DNA from: Hypanus sabinus
Lineage: Eukaryota
Assembly: GCF_030144855.1 (NCBI RefSeq)
Contig: NC_082714.1
Span: forward strand, 43,090,001-43,154,000
Length of the DNA: 64,000 nt
Direction of reading: 5' to 3'
Shown here: positions 1 through 11,449 of the stretch, in pieces
Layout: every line of letters starts with the position of its first letter
Numbering within the stretch: position 1 is the stretch's first letter
Notes under the pieces: generated by a model
What the model saw: only the letters and a program-made list of their open reading frames with translations
Database searches by the model: none
What the model was told of the DNA's origin: nothing
Program-made: the position numbers and the translations under genes

Positions 1-118
1 CTGGACGTAAAATTCCTGGGACCTTCTGACAAGCACATTGTGGTAGCCACAAACAGTCCGCAGCTCAAAGTTTTTGAACTAGCAACGTTAAATTGTCAAG
101 TCTTGTATGGTCATACAG
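1..118 (+). CDS. TBL3: TBL3 coding exon (5'-truncated by window edge), WD40 region
   Basis: Frame 1 reads LDVKFLGPSDKHIVVATNSPQLKVFELATLNCQVLYGHT, matching recalled human TBL3 LDVRFLGPEDSHVVVASNSPCLKVFELQTSACQILHGHT. Donor G|gtgagt at 119, phase 1. Confidence 0.96.
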
Positions 119-359
119 GTGAGTGGACTGTATGGGGAAATTGTTCTTTTTTCCCCCTGAGAAATTAGAATAGAGAGAAATGCTGGATTGCCCATTTTAG
201 CAAATGTATTAAGTCTAATATGTGGGATTCTAGTTCTCCATTATCCCTTTGCATTTGTTCTCAGGATGAAGTTTTCCATTCTAGTTCTTTATTCCTTTGC
301 CTCCACCATATTTATTTATTTATTTGTTTATTTTATTTATGACATCCAAGGGAGTAAAA

Positions 360-477
360 ATCAGATTGTGTTTGTCTGTTATTGTGACTTAGATGAAGAT
401 CAGACCATATTTTGAGTACTTAATGTAGAAAACCAGGTAATTACAAAGGGTTCACAAACTTTATCTTGCAACTGTAG
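360..477 (+). mobile_element. Tc1-like transposon terminal fragment
   Basis: Ends ...aagggttcacaaactttatcttgcaactg|TA and is closely similar to 44365-44465. Confidence 0.7.
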
Positions 478-1055
478 ACGGAGAGACTGCTACATCCAGT
501 ACCTTCACTCCGTCTGCCACAAAATGCAGATTTCCCGATGTCTGCCCATTCCAATTTGATTTTTCATTCCCATTCCAACGTTTCGGTCCATGGTGCCTTC
601 TACTACTACGTTGAGGCCATACTAGAGCTGAAGGAGCATGTTCTGTCTGATTAGCCTCATCAATTTCGCTAACTTTTGGTAATTTCTACTCCTTCCCCCC
701 CCCCCCCCCCCTTTTTCCATTCCCTGTTTTGGCACCCCTCTCACCTCTTCTCACTTGCCCGTCACCTTGCCCTGCTGCCCCACCTCCTTCCTTTTCCCCC
801 ACGATCCTCTTTCCTATCAGATTTTTTTTCTTCAGCTGTTTACCTCTTCCACTTATCCCTTCCCAGCTTCTTACCTCATCTTCCACCCATCTTCCCCTAA
901 CCTCACCTATCTTGTGCTCCTTCCATCCCCTCACCTTATTCTGGCTTCTTTCCCCTTCCTGTCCTGATAACAAATTTCAGCCCAAAACTTTGACTGTTTA
1001 TTCCTCTCCATGATCTGCTGAGTTCCTCCTGATTTCCAGCATTTGTAGAACCTCT
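478..1055 (+). mobile_element. Penelope-like element 3' fragment (GIY-YIG C-terminus remnant plus pyrimidine-rich tail)
   Basis: Decayed HLRSV/PVAxHF/LEEQH-like coding remnants, then a C/T-rich tail ending in a gtcctgat...ctgctgagttcctcc module that recurs elsewhere in the window. Confidence 0.6.
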
Positions 1056-2289
1056 TGTAGGTTCTGAGTTCAGAGAATGAGATTCCCTTGTATGGACATG
1101 GGTGCCAAAAAACACTAATTATTGTCTTAATTCTAATATAAATCTATTCACTTCATATGGCACTTTGCTAAATTGCATCCTGTAGAAAATTGTATGATAC
1201 ATGATTTTGCAAAATGCTGCTGCTCACTCCATACATTTGAATTGATCATTTTAACCCTCTTTTAGCTCCTTGTTTTCCTCTCTGCATTTCAACATGCCTG
1301 ATGAATGAGTTAAGGTTCGTTTCACTGTTATATGAATGCAAATAAATCCAGAGGAAAATCTTTGTTCAAAGAAGGAATAGAAAGTAGCATTTAGTACTAT
1401 ATGAATGTCTTCAATCAAATATCAATGATGTTTGGAAATAAAAATCACAAAGAAGAATCAAAACAGATAAGTGTTTTGGGTTTAGAAGAAAGTGTTGAAG
1501 GCTGGGGTAGGGTTCCTATGTGGAATATACTGGTGTGGACCTGCTTAATTAAATGGTTTATTTCTTTTCTATGAATACTTTTATAAACTAGCTCAGACCA
1601 TTTTGCTTCGGTTTCCTGGGACCAGTGAAAGGAGGGCAGCCAAGAGCAATTATAAGCATGCACTTAGTTTTTAATTACAGATTTTAAAATTGTTTCAAGA
1701 TAAGTAAACCTTGTATTGTTAAAATACTTGTGGTTCTCTTTGTTTTTAAAGGATATGTAAATGTCCTTGCTGCCTCCTGTGCTAATTTATTTGAAATGGA
1801 ACACTGATCTGTTAGCCTTTATTCACAGTTACAGTCAAACAGCATGTTATAAAGCAGCTGTCTCAGTTATAGTTATTCTGTTCCTTGTTGTCTCAAATTA
1901 TCTTTCTGAAATTTCCACGTTTGTTTTTCATCACAATTAGTCCAGCCAGGCAGTAAAATCTGACTGGAAGGATTTGCTTGAAATTCAACATTTAATTAAT
2001 GTACGCTTAACATTACATGAAACTGCTTGGAGAATTGGATCGATATACTAAATTACAATATATGTAACTTTAAGTCCTTTAAAAAATTCCCACTGGCACA
2101 TCCTAAGATCTTAACTAGCCTTTTTTGGCTTCAAACACATCCATCAAGATCTACATTTCCTTCAAAAATTTATCAGAATGAGGAAATATTCTTTAGATAA
2201 CTGCATGTATATATTTCTAGAGTTCCATTTACTGAGATCAATAAATACTTTACTCCAGTGAATAAATAAATTGGTTGAATATAACTACT

Positions 2290-2878
2290 GTCATAGAGTC
2301 AGAGAAGTACGGCATAGAAACAGGAACTTTGCTCATCTAGTCCATGCTGAAACCATTTAAAACTGCCTTATCCCAATTATCTGCTCCTGGCTCATAGGCC
2401 TCCATATCCCTACTATCCATGTATTTATCCAAACTTTTGTTCAATGTTGAAATTGAGCTTGCATGGACCACTTGTGCTGGCAGCTCATTCCACGCTCTCT
2501 GACCCTCTGAGTGAAGAAGTTTCCCCTCATGTTCCCCTTAAGCTATACACCTTTTTTCCCTTCGGCAATGACCTCTAGCTGTACTCCCACCCAACCTCAG
2601 TGGAAAAAGCCTGCTTGTACTAACTCCATTTATACCCCTCATAATTGTGTATGTCTCCTGTCAAATCTCTTCCCAGTCTTCTACGTCCTAAAGAATACAG
2701 TCCTAACCTATTCAATCTTTCCTTGTAACTGGGGTCCTCCAGACTTGGCAACATCATCGTAAGTTTTCCCTGCACTCTTTCAACCCTGTTCCTATTTGCC
2801 TATACTTGCTATGCACTTCCTTTTCTTCCTCTTAACAAGAGCCTCAATATCTCTTGAAAACCAATGTTCCCTATGCTT
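2290..2878 (-). mobile_element. CR1 LINE, 3' portion (internally deleted; split by L1 insertion)
   Basis: Reverse-complement CR1 3' end (actctatgac-like tail, late ORF2 remnants). Sequence continues seamlessly at 8978 across the ATGCTT TSD. Confidence 0.8.
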
Positions 2879-3245
2879 TCTTTCTTCTTTTTCAATGTTT
2901 TTATTGAATTTCATATATAAAGAGAAACATAACATAATATAAATAGGTTATAAGTGCACTAGATTTGAAGTTAAATTTATAATAGGATAACAATATCTTA
3001 TTAAATATCAGCCAAAAAAAAACTTATAATAAACAATCAAACCTATTTTGATTGAACATGAAAAAGAATAAAAATAGTCATCAAAAGAAAAAAAATGTAA
3101 AAATGCACGAAAAAATGTATATTAAAAAAAACCCTAAACTAACATGGGCAATAATACCAGTTTATATGAGTATGATAGTGTCAAAAACTCCGGAACTCCA
3201 TACCAGAACAAGAATAAAAAGAGAAAAGGTCTGGATGAGGCCAAA

Positions 3246-6200
3246 TTAATTCATATGAAAGTGTCAAATGAACGGTCCCCAAGTTTCTTCAAATTTAATT
3301 GATGAATCAAAAATAGTACTTCTAATTTTTTCTAAACTCAGACAAGAGATAGTTTGAGAAAACCACTGAAGTGTGGTAGGAGGGTTTACTTCTTTCCATT
3401 TTTGTAATATAGACCTTCTGGCCATTAATGTTACAAAGGCGATCATTCGTCTAATTGAAGGGGAAAGTCGACTACCATCCTCATTTGGTATACCAAAAAT
3501 TGCAGTAATAAAATGAGGTTGTAAATCAATATTCCAAATTGAGGAAATGGTAGCAAATATGTCCTTCCAATAGTTATGTAAAGTGGGACATGACCAAAAC
3601 ATATGGGTCAATGAGGCCACATCTGAATGACATCTGTCACATTGAGGGTTAATATGAGAATAGAATCGAGCAAGCTTATCTTTAGACATATGAGCTCTAT
3701 GTACGACCTTAAATTGTATTAAAGCATGTTTAGCACATATAGAAGAAGAATTAACCATTTGTAAAATTTTTTCCCATTTTTCTGTTGATATAAAGTTCTT
3801 TTTCCCACTCTTGTTTAATTCTACTTGATATTTCTGGTTGTATCTTCATAATCCTATTATAAATAAGAGCCACTAATCCTTTCTGACAAGGATTCAGGGT
3901 AAAAATCATGTCTGAAAAGTCTATCAAAGTTGAATTGGGAAAGGATGGTAAAACTTTATATAAAAAATTTCTAATTCGTAAATATCTAAAAAAATTAGAT
4001 TTAGGTAAATTAAATTTGTTGGAAAGTTGGTCAAAAGACATAAAACTATCTTCAAAAAAGAGATCACGAAAACATATTATACCTTTCCTTTTCCATATGC
4101 TAAAAGCTTGATCTGTTAAAGAAGGTTTAAAAAAGAAGTTAAGTAAGATAGGGCTATCAAGAACAAAGTTTTTCAGAGTAAAAAACTTACGAAACTGAAA
4201 CCAAATTCGTATTGTGTGTTTGACAATAGGATTGGATATCTGTTTATTGAGTTTAACTAAATCAACCGGAAGAGAAGAACCAAGAATGGAGAATAAAGAA
4301 TATCCTTGTGCAACATTACATTCTAAATTTACCCACTGTGGGCACAATGGTGAATCCAAATCTAGTTTCCAATATATTAAGTTTCGAATATTATTCGCCC
4401 AATAATAAAATCTAAAGTTAGGTAAAGCTAAACCACCATCTTTTTTAGATTTCTGTAACTGTCTTTTACTTAACCTGGGATTTTTATTTTGCCACACAAA
4501 TGAGGAAATTTTTGAATCAATGTTATCGAAGAAAGATTTAGGAATAAAAGTTGGTAAGGCTTGAAATAAATATAAAAATTTCGGTAAAATCATCATTTTA
4601 ATAGCATTAATCTGACCAACTAATGATAAGGATAAAGGAGACCATCTAGCAGTAAGTTGTTGAATTTGATGAAGCATGGGTAAAAAATTCAATCTGAATA
4701 AATCTTTATACTTAGTAATTTTTATACCTAAATAAATAAAGTTATCAGTAACAACTTTAAATGGTGTCCTGTCATTCAATAAAGTTTGCTCATTTAAAGG
4801 AAATATTTCACTCTTATTCAAATTTAATTTATAACCAGAAAAACTACCAAATTGAACCAACAAAGATAGGATAGCGGGAATAGACCTATCAGGATCAGAA
4901 ATATATAACAACAAGTCATCAGCATAAAGTGATATCTTGTATAACTTTTCATTACAAGTAATACCAAAAATATTAGGAGATTCACGAATAGCAATGGCTA
5001 AAGGTTCTAATGCGATATTAAATAATAAAGGACTTAAGGGACAACCTTGTCTCGTACCACAAGATAATTGAAAAAAAGAGGATCTATAATTATTTGTAAG
5101 AACAGAAGCAACAGGTTTATAATATATTAATTTAATCCATGATATAAAATTAGAACTAAAATTAAAATTTTTCAAGACATTAAATAAGTATGTCCATTCA
5201 ACTCTATCAAAAGCTTTTTCAGCATCTAATGAGATAACACATTCTGAGGTTGTGGGTGAAGAAGTATAAATTATATTAATCAATTTTCTAACATTAAAAA
5301 AGGAATACCGATTCCTAATAAAACCAGTTTGGTCTTCTGAAATAATTTGTGATAATACTTTTTCTAATCTAATAGCTAAAATTTTTGTAAGAATCTTAGA
5401 GTCTACATTTTAAAGCGATATAGGGCGATAAGATGCACATAAAGTAGGATCTTTATCTTTTTTAAGAATTAGAGAGATAGTAGCTTCATAAAAAGACTGG
5501 GGTAATCTCTTCTTAGTAAATGCATCATTAAAGATTTCACATAACCAAGGGGAAAGCAAAGAAGAAAAAGTTTTTAAAAATTCTATAATATAACCATCAG
5601 GACCAGGAGCTTTCCCTGAATTCATTGATGAGATAGCCTCTCCTACTTCGGCCATAGAAATAGGAGCATCAAACACACTTCTATCTTCATCTGTCAGTTT
5701 GCGAATATTTAAATTGTTAAAAAAATTATCCATCATGGACAGATCGCCATCAAATTCTGATTGATATAAAGATTTATAAAAATCTTGAAAAGTATTATTA
5801 ATTTCTTTATGATCAGTAGTCAGATTACCGTCTTGTTTACGAATTTTAATAATTTGTCGCCTAGTCGAAATAGCTTTTAATTGGTTAGCTAACAATTTAC
5901 CAGTTCGATCACTATGAATATAAAATTGAGCCCTGGTCTTAATTAATTGATTCTCAATTGAAGAAGATAATAATAAGCTATGTTCCATTTGAAGCTCAAC
6001 TCTCTTCTTATAAAGTTCTTTGGTAGGAGTAACGGAATAAATCTTATCAATTTCTTTAATTTTATCCACCAATAAAGCTATATCTAAATGTCTTTGTTTT
6101 CTTTTACCAACGGAATATGAGATAATGTGTCCACGGATAAAAGCCTTGAAGGAGTCCCAAAGTATTCCTCTGTCAATCTCTTCGGTATAGTTTGTTGAAA

Positions 6201-7021
6201 AAAATAAGTCAATTTGTTGTTTTATGAAGGTAATAAATTCTGGATCTTGAAGCAAAGTAGCGTTGAGTCTCCAAGATTTAGTATTAATGGAAGAGTCCGA
6301 AATCTTGATCGATAACTTCAAAGGTGCATGATCCGAAATGGCAATAGAATCATATTTACAATCAGTAACATCTGTTAATAAACGATGATCAATAAGGAAA
6401 TAATCAATTCTAGAATAACTATGATATACATGTGAAAAAAATGAAAATTCTTTATCTTTAGGGTTCAAAAACCGTCATATTTCAGTAATTCCTGAATCAA
6501 CCATAAAAGAATTAATAAGTAAGGCTGATCTATTCGGAAGAGTTCGAATAGGTTTAGATCTATCCATCAAAGGATTCAAACAACAATTAAAATCTCCACC
6601 CATTATCAACATATATTCATTTAGATTAGGAAGGGAAGTAAATAAACGTTTAAAAAATTCAGGGCAGTCAAAGTTTGGAGCATAAATATTAACTAGAACC
6701 ACTTTTCGATTAAAAAGTGAACCAGTAATCAACAAAAATCTGCCCTGTGGGTCAGAAATAATTTCATGATGTGTAAACGAAATTGAGGGGTCTATAAAAA
6801 TAGACACACCCCTAATTTTGGCAGTACAATTCGAGTGAAATTGTTGACCCTTCCAGAACCTAAAAAAGCATTGATTATCCTCCCTCCTAATATGGGTCTC
6901 CTGTGCAAAGATAATATTAGCATTCAGTCTATGGAATACTTTAAATATTTTTTTTACGTTTAATCGGATGATTTAAACCATTAGTATTCCAAGAGGTAAA
7001 ATTAATAGACTTATCCATCAT
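3246..7021 (-). pseudogene. L1a ORF2 (APE endonuclease, reverse transcriptase, Cys-rich domain), disrupted
   Basis: SWNTNGL, QETH, GGDFN, SRIDY, SDHAP, APGPDG, YRPISL, SLDAEKAFDRVEW, GTRQGCPLSPLLF, LYADD and CDRC...H...C motifs. Broken by a few frameshifts (e.g. A-run near 6950) and TGA stops (6475, 3264). Confidence 0.93.
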
Positions 7022-7976
7022 GCCAATATTGATTGTGTATATCATAAAAGGTTAAAAAGACACAAAACCCATAATTCAGGACGAGGAAAAAATGATTCAG
7101 GAGCAACCGGAGAAAATGACACCTCAACAATATTAATAATTTAAAGTTGGCCCATAAACTAAAAGCAAAAAAATAAAAAGCAAAAGCGTGAAAAAAGATC
7201 CCTACCCCCTCCCCCAACCCCTCGAAGAAAAGCCAAGCGGCAGGCGCACAAACTAATACTAATATTACCCCCATTTCAAGATGGCAACTCCATGAAAAGA
7301 TAAAAAGAGATTATAAAACACCCAGATTTAAGTACAGGGTTGCAAAAAAAAAGAATATATATCAATCAAAATGAAAAAAAAGTAATATAATAAAGTAAAA
7401 GATCATTAATTAAAAAAGGATAGACGTTAAAGTTTGAAACAGTGTAATATGCCTTTAAAAAAAAATTCCATATTCAAATAAAAAAAAATGACGTTTCAAA
7501 AGCAAAGAGTTATGGGAAGAAGAAACGACATTTTGAAAAAGCCATATTACAAAATATAAATGTAAATTCACCAATCTATTAAAAAAAGTTTAAAAAAAAG
7601 GTTATCAAAATAGAATTAAAAAAGGATTCAATAATCACTACAATATAAAAAAAAGGTCCAAAAATCCAATACATTCGTCGCATTCTCAAATACAAGCAAA
7701 CAAATGAATGCTTACGGAAAGCAAAGTCTTATGGGAAGAAGAAACGACATCTTAAAAAAAGAAATCATTATTACAAAATATAAAAATGTATATCCAATTC
7801 AGAAAAAAAAAGAGAAAAGACATTATAGTACAATTAAAAGAGCATCTATAAACCATGATAGTAAAAAAAAACCGGGTCTACAGACCAAAGTAAAAAGCTA
7901 TAACGCAGCTTCATAAGTTAAAGCCCAAAACGAAATGGCATCTTCTCTCCAAAAATTCTTCAACATAACACATAGT

Positions 7977-8804
7977 TCAGCTTATGCTGGAAGATCGATG
8001 TTCTTCGACGAATTTCTTCGCATCTTCCGGAGTATTAAAAAAGCGTTGAGTGTCGTCACTCAACGTAACTCTGAGATTCGCTGGGTATCTTAAAGCTTGT
8101 TTAAGTCCAATCGAATGAATCTTTGCCATCACTGGTGGTTTAAAAGCGATTCTTGCTTTCATTACTTCAAATGAATAATCTTCAACAATACGAAACGTGT
8201 TGCTTCTGTAAGAAATCATACCTTTCTGACGAGCTGGTTGGATTAAAAGTTCTTTCTCCCGAGGATAATGGAGGCGAACAATCACAGCTCGTGGCTTGTC
8301 TCTCGAGATCGAAAATCTCAAAACTCTGTGGACACAATCAATAGTAGGTTTAGCTTTCAAAACATCAGCGCCAAAAACTTCCCATAATAAGTTAGAGAAA
8401 AATTCAGTTAGGTCACCAGATTCAACATTTTCGGGAAGCCCGATGATTCGCAAATTCTGTCTGCAAGATCGGTTTTCAAGATCGGTGATTTTAAACTTAT
8501 AATACTCTACTATTTTAGCAGTCGACAGTACCTTCTTCTCCAGTGTTTCGATTGTACGTATTTTTTCACAAATTAACTTATCAAGAGCTGCGAACTTTTC
8601 TTCATGTCGTTCAATATCTGCTGCCTGCGATTGTAACTTGGTATCAAACGATCTAACGGCTTCTTCGAGCCCAGACATTTTCGCAGTAAGCTTATTTTCC
8701 AGACTTGTCATTTTACTTTCCAAACTTGAAAGTTTAGTATCCAGAAGATTAGAAATTGCCTCAATAGATAGAGGCTCTTTAGACGATTTCTTAGGTGCAG
8801 ACAT
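7977..8804 (-). CDS. L1a ORF1p (coiled coil + RRM + CTD), uninterrupted 275 aa
   Basis: Heptad-rich N-half, then LENRSCRQNLRIIGLPE, HRV, PRAVIVRL and YPANLRV motifs typical of L1 ORF1p. Confidence 0.9.
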   Translation of the reverse strand: MSAPKKSSKEPLSIEAISNLLDTKLSSLESKMTSLENKLTAKMSGLEEAVRSFDTKLQSQAADIERHEEKFAALDKLICEKIRTIETLEKKVLSTAKIVEYYKFKITDLENRSCRQNLRIIGLPENVESGDLTEFFSNLLWEVFGADVLKAKPTIDCVHRVLRFSISRDKPRAVIVRLHYPREKELLIQPARQKGMISYRSNTFRIVEDYSFEVMKARIAFKPPVMAKIHSIGLKQALRYPANLRVTLSDDTQRFFNTPEDAKKFVEEHRSSSIS

Positions 8805-8977
8805 TTTAAGTTTGGAAAGATTAAATCAAGTATTATTTTAGAAAAGAAATAAATCATAAGTATCAACCCATGTAATAAAGATGAAAAGATTTGATTAAAG
8901 GGTGATTATAGTTTAAAAAATGAAGAGCGCCTAAAAGGCAGATGTTTACGTCGCCATCTTGAAACTCCGCCCCCCCC

Positions 8978-11185
8978 ATGCTTATTATCTTTACCTTTTA
9001 TTTTGACAGGCACATACAAGCTTTGTGCTTTCAAACTTTCGCTTTTGAAGGCTTCCCAATTTCCAAGTAAACCTTTTCCAGGAAACAGCTTGCCCCAATC
9101 CATACTTGCCAGATCATTTTTGATATCATCAGAATTGGCCTTTCTCCAATTTAGAATCTTAATCTGTAGACCAGACCTATCTCTTCGCATATGACTTTGG
9201 AGCGACTGCCACTGTGGTCTCTGGATGCAAAATGTTCCCCTACGCAAACTTCTCATTCCCTAATATCAAATTGCACATTCTGTCTCATTCCCTAATATCA
9301 AATTGCACATTCTCTCGTTAGGACTTCTACATACTGATGAAGGAAACTTTTCTGGACAGGTTTGACAAACTCTGTCCTATCAAGTCCTTTTACAGTATGA
9401 GATTCACAGTCAATATGTGGAAAGTTAATATCACCTACTATAACAATCTTATATTTCGCAACTGTCCGCACTCTCTTTATAAATTTGTTCCTCTAAATCT
9501 CTAGGACTGTTGGGTGCTCTGTAATACACCCCCATTAACGGGGTCATACCTTTCTTATTTTTCATTTCCACCCATTACGGCTTACTAGTCGAGTTCTCCA
9601 GTCTGTCTTGACAGAGCATTGCTGTGGCATTTTCCCTGATTAGTAATGCCACCCCAACTCCTTTAATCGCTTCTACTCTGTCACATCTAAAGCATGGGAA
9701 CCTTGGAATTTTTAGCTGCCAGTCTTGTCCCTCCTGGAACCAAGACTCAGTAATGGCTACGTCATAATTCCAGGAGTTGATCCATGCCCAGAGCTCAGCC
9801 GTCTTTCCTACGATATTTATATGTGCAGTTCATGATACTAGTTGCACCATGCTTTTGATTCCTGACTTTGTCTGAGGTCTTACCAACATCTGTCTCTACA
9901 ACCTCTCCACTAACTGTCCTGGCAGTCTAGTCCCCACAACTCTAGTTTTAACCCTACTGTGTAGCATTAACAAACCTTCCCACGAAGCTATTAGCCCCCC
10001 TCCAGTTCAAGTGCAATCCTTCCCTTTGATAGAGGTCCCACCTTCCCTGGAAGAGAGCCCGATGGTCCAAAAATACTCTGCCCTCCCTCCTACACCAACT
10101 CCTTAGCCATGTGTTAAACGGTATAATCTTCCCAGTTCTAGCCTCACTAACACTTGGCATGGGTAGCAATCCTGAGATCACAACCCTGGAGGTCCTGCCT
10201 TTTAACTTGGCACCTAACTCACTGAACTTCCTTTGCAGAACCTCATCAGTTGCCCTACCCGTGTGATTGGTACCTACATGGTCCTCGACTTCTGGCTGTT
10301 TACCCTCCCACTTAAGAACGCTGAGGTCTCGATTCAAGGTGCCCCGGGCCCTGGCACCTGGAGGCAACGTACCATCCAGGAATCTCATTCTCGCCCACAG
10401 AACCTCCCCTCTGTTCCCCTAACTAACGAATCACCTGTCATCACAGCAATATTCCTCAACCTCTTTCTCTTCTGGGTCACAGATCCAGACTCGATTCCAG
10501 AGACCCGACCACTGTGACTTTCCTCTGTTAGGTCATTTCTCCCCCCCCCCCCCCAGCAGTATCCAAAGTGATATACCTGTTGTTGAGGGGGATGCCCATT
10601 CTGCACTGGTTCCTTAACCCATTTCCCCTTCCTGACTGTCACTCAGTTTCCTGTGCCCTGCACCGTGGGTGTAACTACCTCTATATTTCTTATCTATCAC
10701 CCCTTCAGCCTCCTGAATGATCCAGAGTTCATCCAGTTCCAGCTCCAACTCCTTAATGTGGATTGTTAGAAGCTGCAGCTGGTTATCAGGAACACTGGGC
10801 TTCCCACATCCCGCAAACAGAGCATTCCACTATCCTACCTGGCATCTCAATGTCCTAGCTGAACAAATATAAAGAAAGGAAAAAAACAAAACTTACCTGG
10901 AGCCTTTCTTTCCTTTGCTTTCTCTGACCGAAGCCTCTCTTGGCTGGAGCCTCAAAGAGCTAAAGCCTCAAGATTAGCCAGTCTGACTTTCCATTCAGAC
11001 AATGGCCCCTGCCTTCCTTTAATTTGCCCTTGCCAATCAATCTTCAATGCAGATTGGTCGTTTGTGAAAGCTCTTAAGCTGCTGTGACCCGCTGCTCCCT
11101 TTTTCTGCTTGGGCAGTGGACCTGAGTGAAATCACCACCATTCGAACTTCCGATGTCCAGATTGGTCATTGCTCAAAGGTCAATG
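8978..11185 (-). mobile_element. CR1 LINE, 5' portion (5'UTR, ORF1 with SGNH/GDSL esterase, endonuclease remnant)
   Basis: ORFs 10385-10642 and 9954-10388 carry GDSLVRG, HVGTN, VVISGLLP and GLHLN, the CR1 ORF1 esterase signature. LNWRKAN endonuclease-downstream motif near 9130-9170. Confidence 0.85.
9251..9314. repeat. 32-bp tandem duplication inside CR1
   Basis: tctcattccctaatatcaaattgcacattct(g/c) occurs twice in tandem. Confidence 0.9.
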
Positions 11186-11278
11186 GAATGTATATTAGTA
11201 TTTAATGTTTCCAAATTAGTATAATTGGCAAAAACGAGATTTTGATTTTTGTGTTCTCAACATCTTAAAGTGAAGTAG

Positions 11279-11449
11279 TCTTCAGGGATAGTGTGGTTTG
11301 AAATAGGTTCATGACTAATCAACATGCGTGACTATCATTCATTACTGTTTAAAAAGTATCATTCGAAAATACTTTTCAAACAGTGATGATTGATAATCAT
11401 GCATGTTGATTAGTCATGAACCTATTTCAAACCACACTATCCCTGAAGA
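11279..11449. repeat. 171-bp near-perfect palindrome (foldback/MITE-like)
   Basis: Outer 49 bp of the arms are exact reverse complements, the inner arms have a handful of mismatches, and the centre is ttcgaa. TA dinucleotides flank at 11276-77 and 11451-52. Confidence 0.92.

Larger units (their letters stand above)
2879..8977 (-). mobile_element. Full-length L1-clade LINE (L1a), about 6.1 kb, antisense in TBL3 intron
   Basis: 5' end GGGGGGGGCGGAGTTTCAAGATGGCG, then ORF1, a 0.95-kb spacer, ORF2 (EN-RT-Cys), and AATAAA plus an A-rich tail. TSD ATGCTT at 2873-2878 and 8978-8983. Confidence 0.95.

Noticed and set aside
695-711. Long poly-C/G runs (also about 10540, 33588, 53550)
   Set aside because: Homopolymer expansions within repeats with unreliable length; no evidence of function.
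188-1013. Several 70-95 aa track ORFs
   Set aside because: Low-complexity translations of T-rich intron and the pyrimidine-rich Penelope tail; no splice or homology support.
7011-7274. 87-aa hydrophobic ORF in the L1a spacer (possible extra ORF)
   Set aside because: Composition follows from U-rich sequence, and the corresponding L1b spacer ORF shows no protein similarity.
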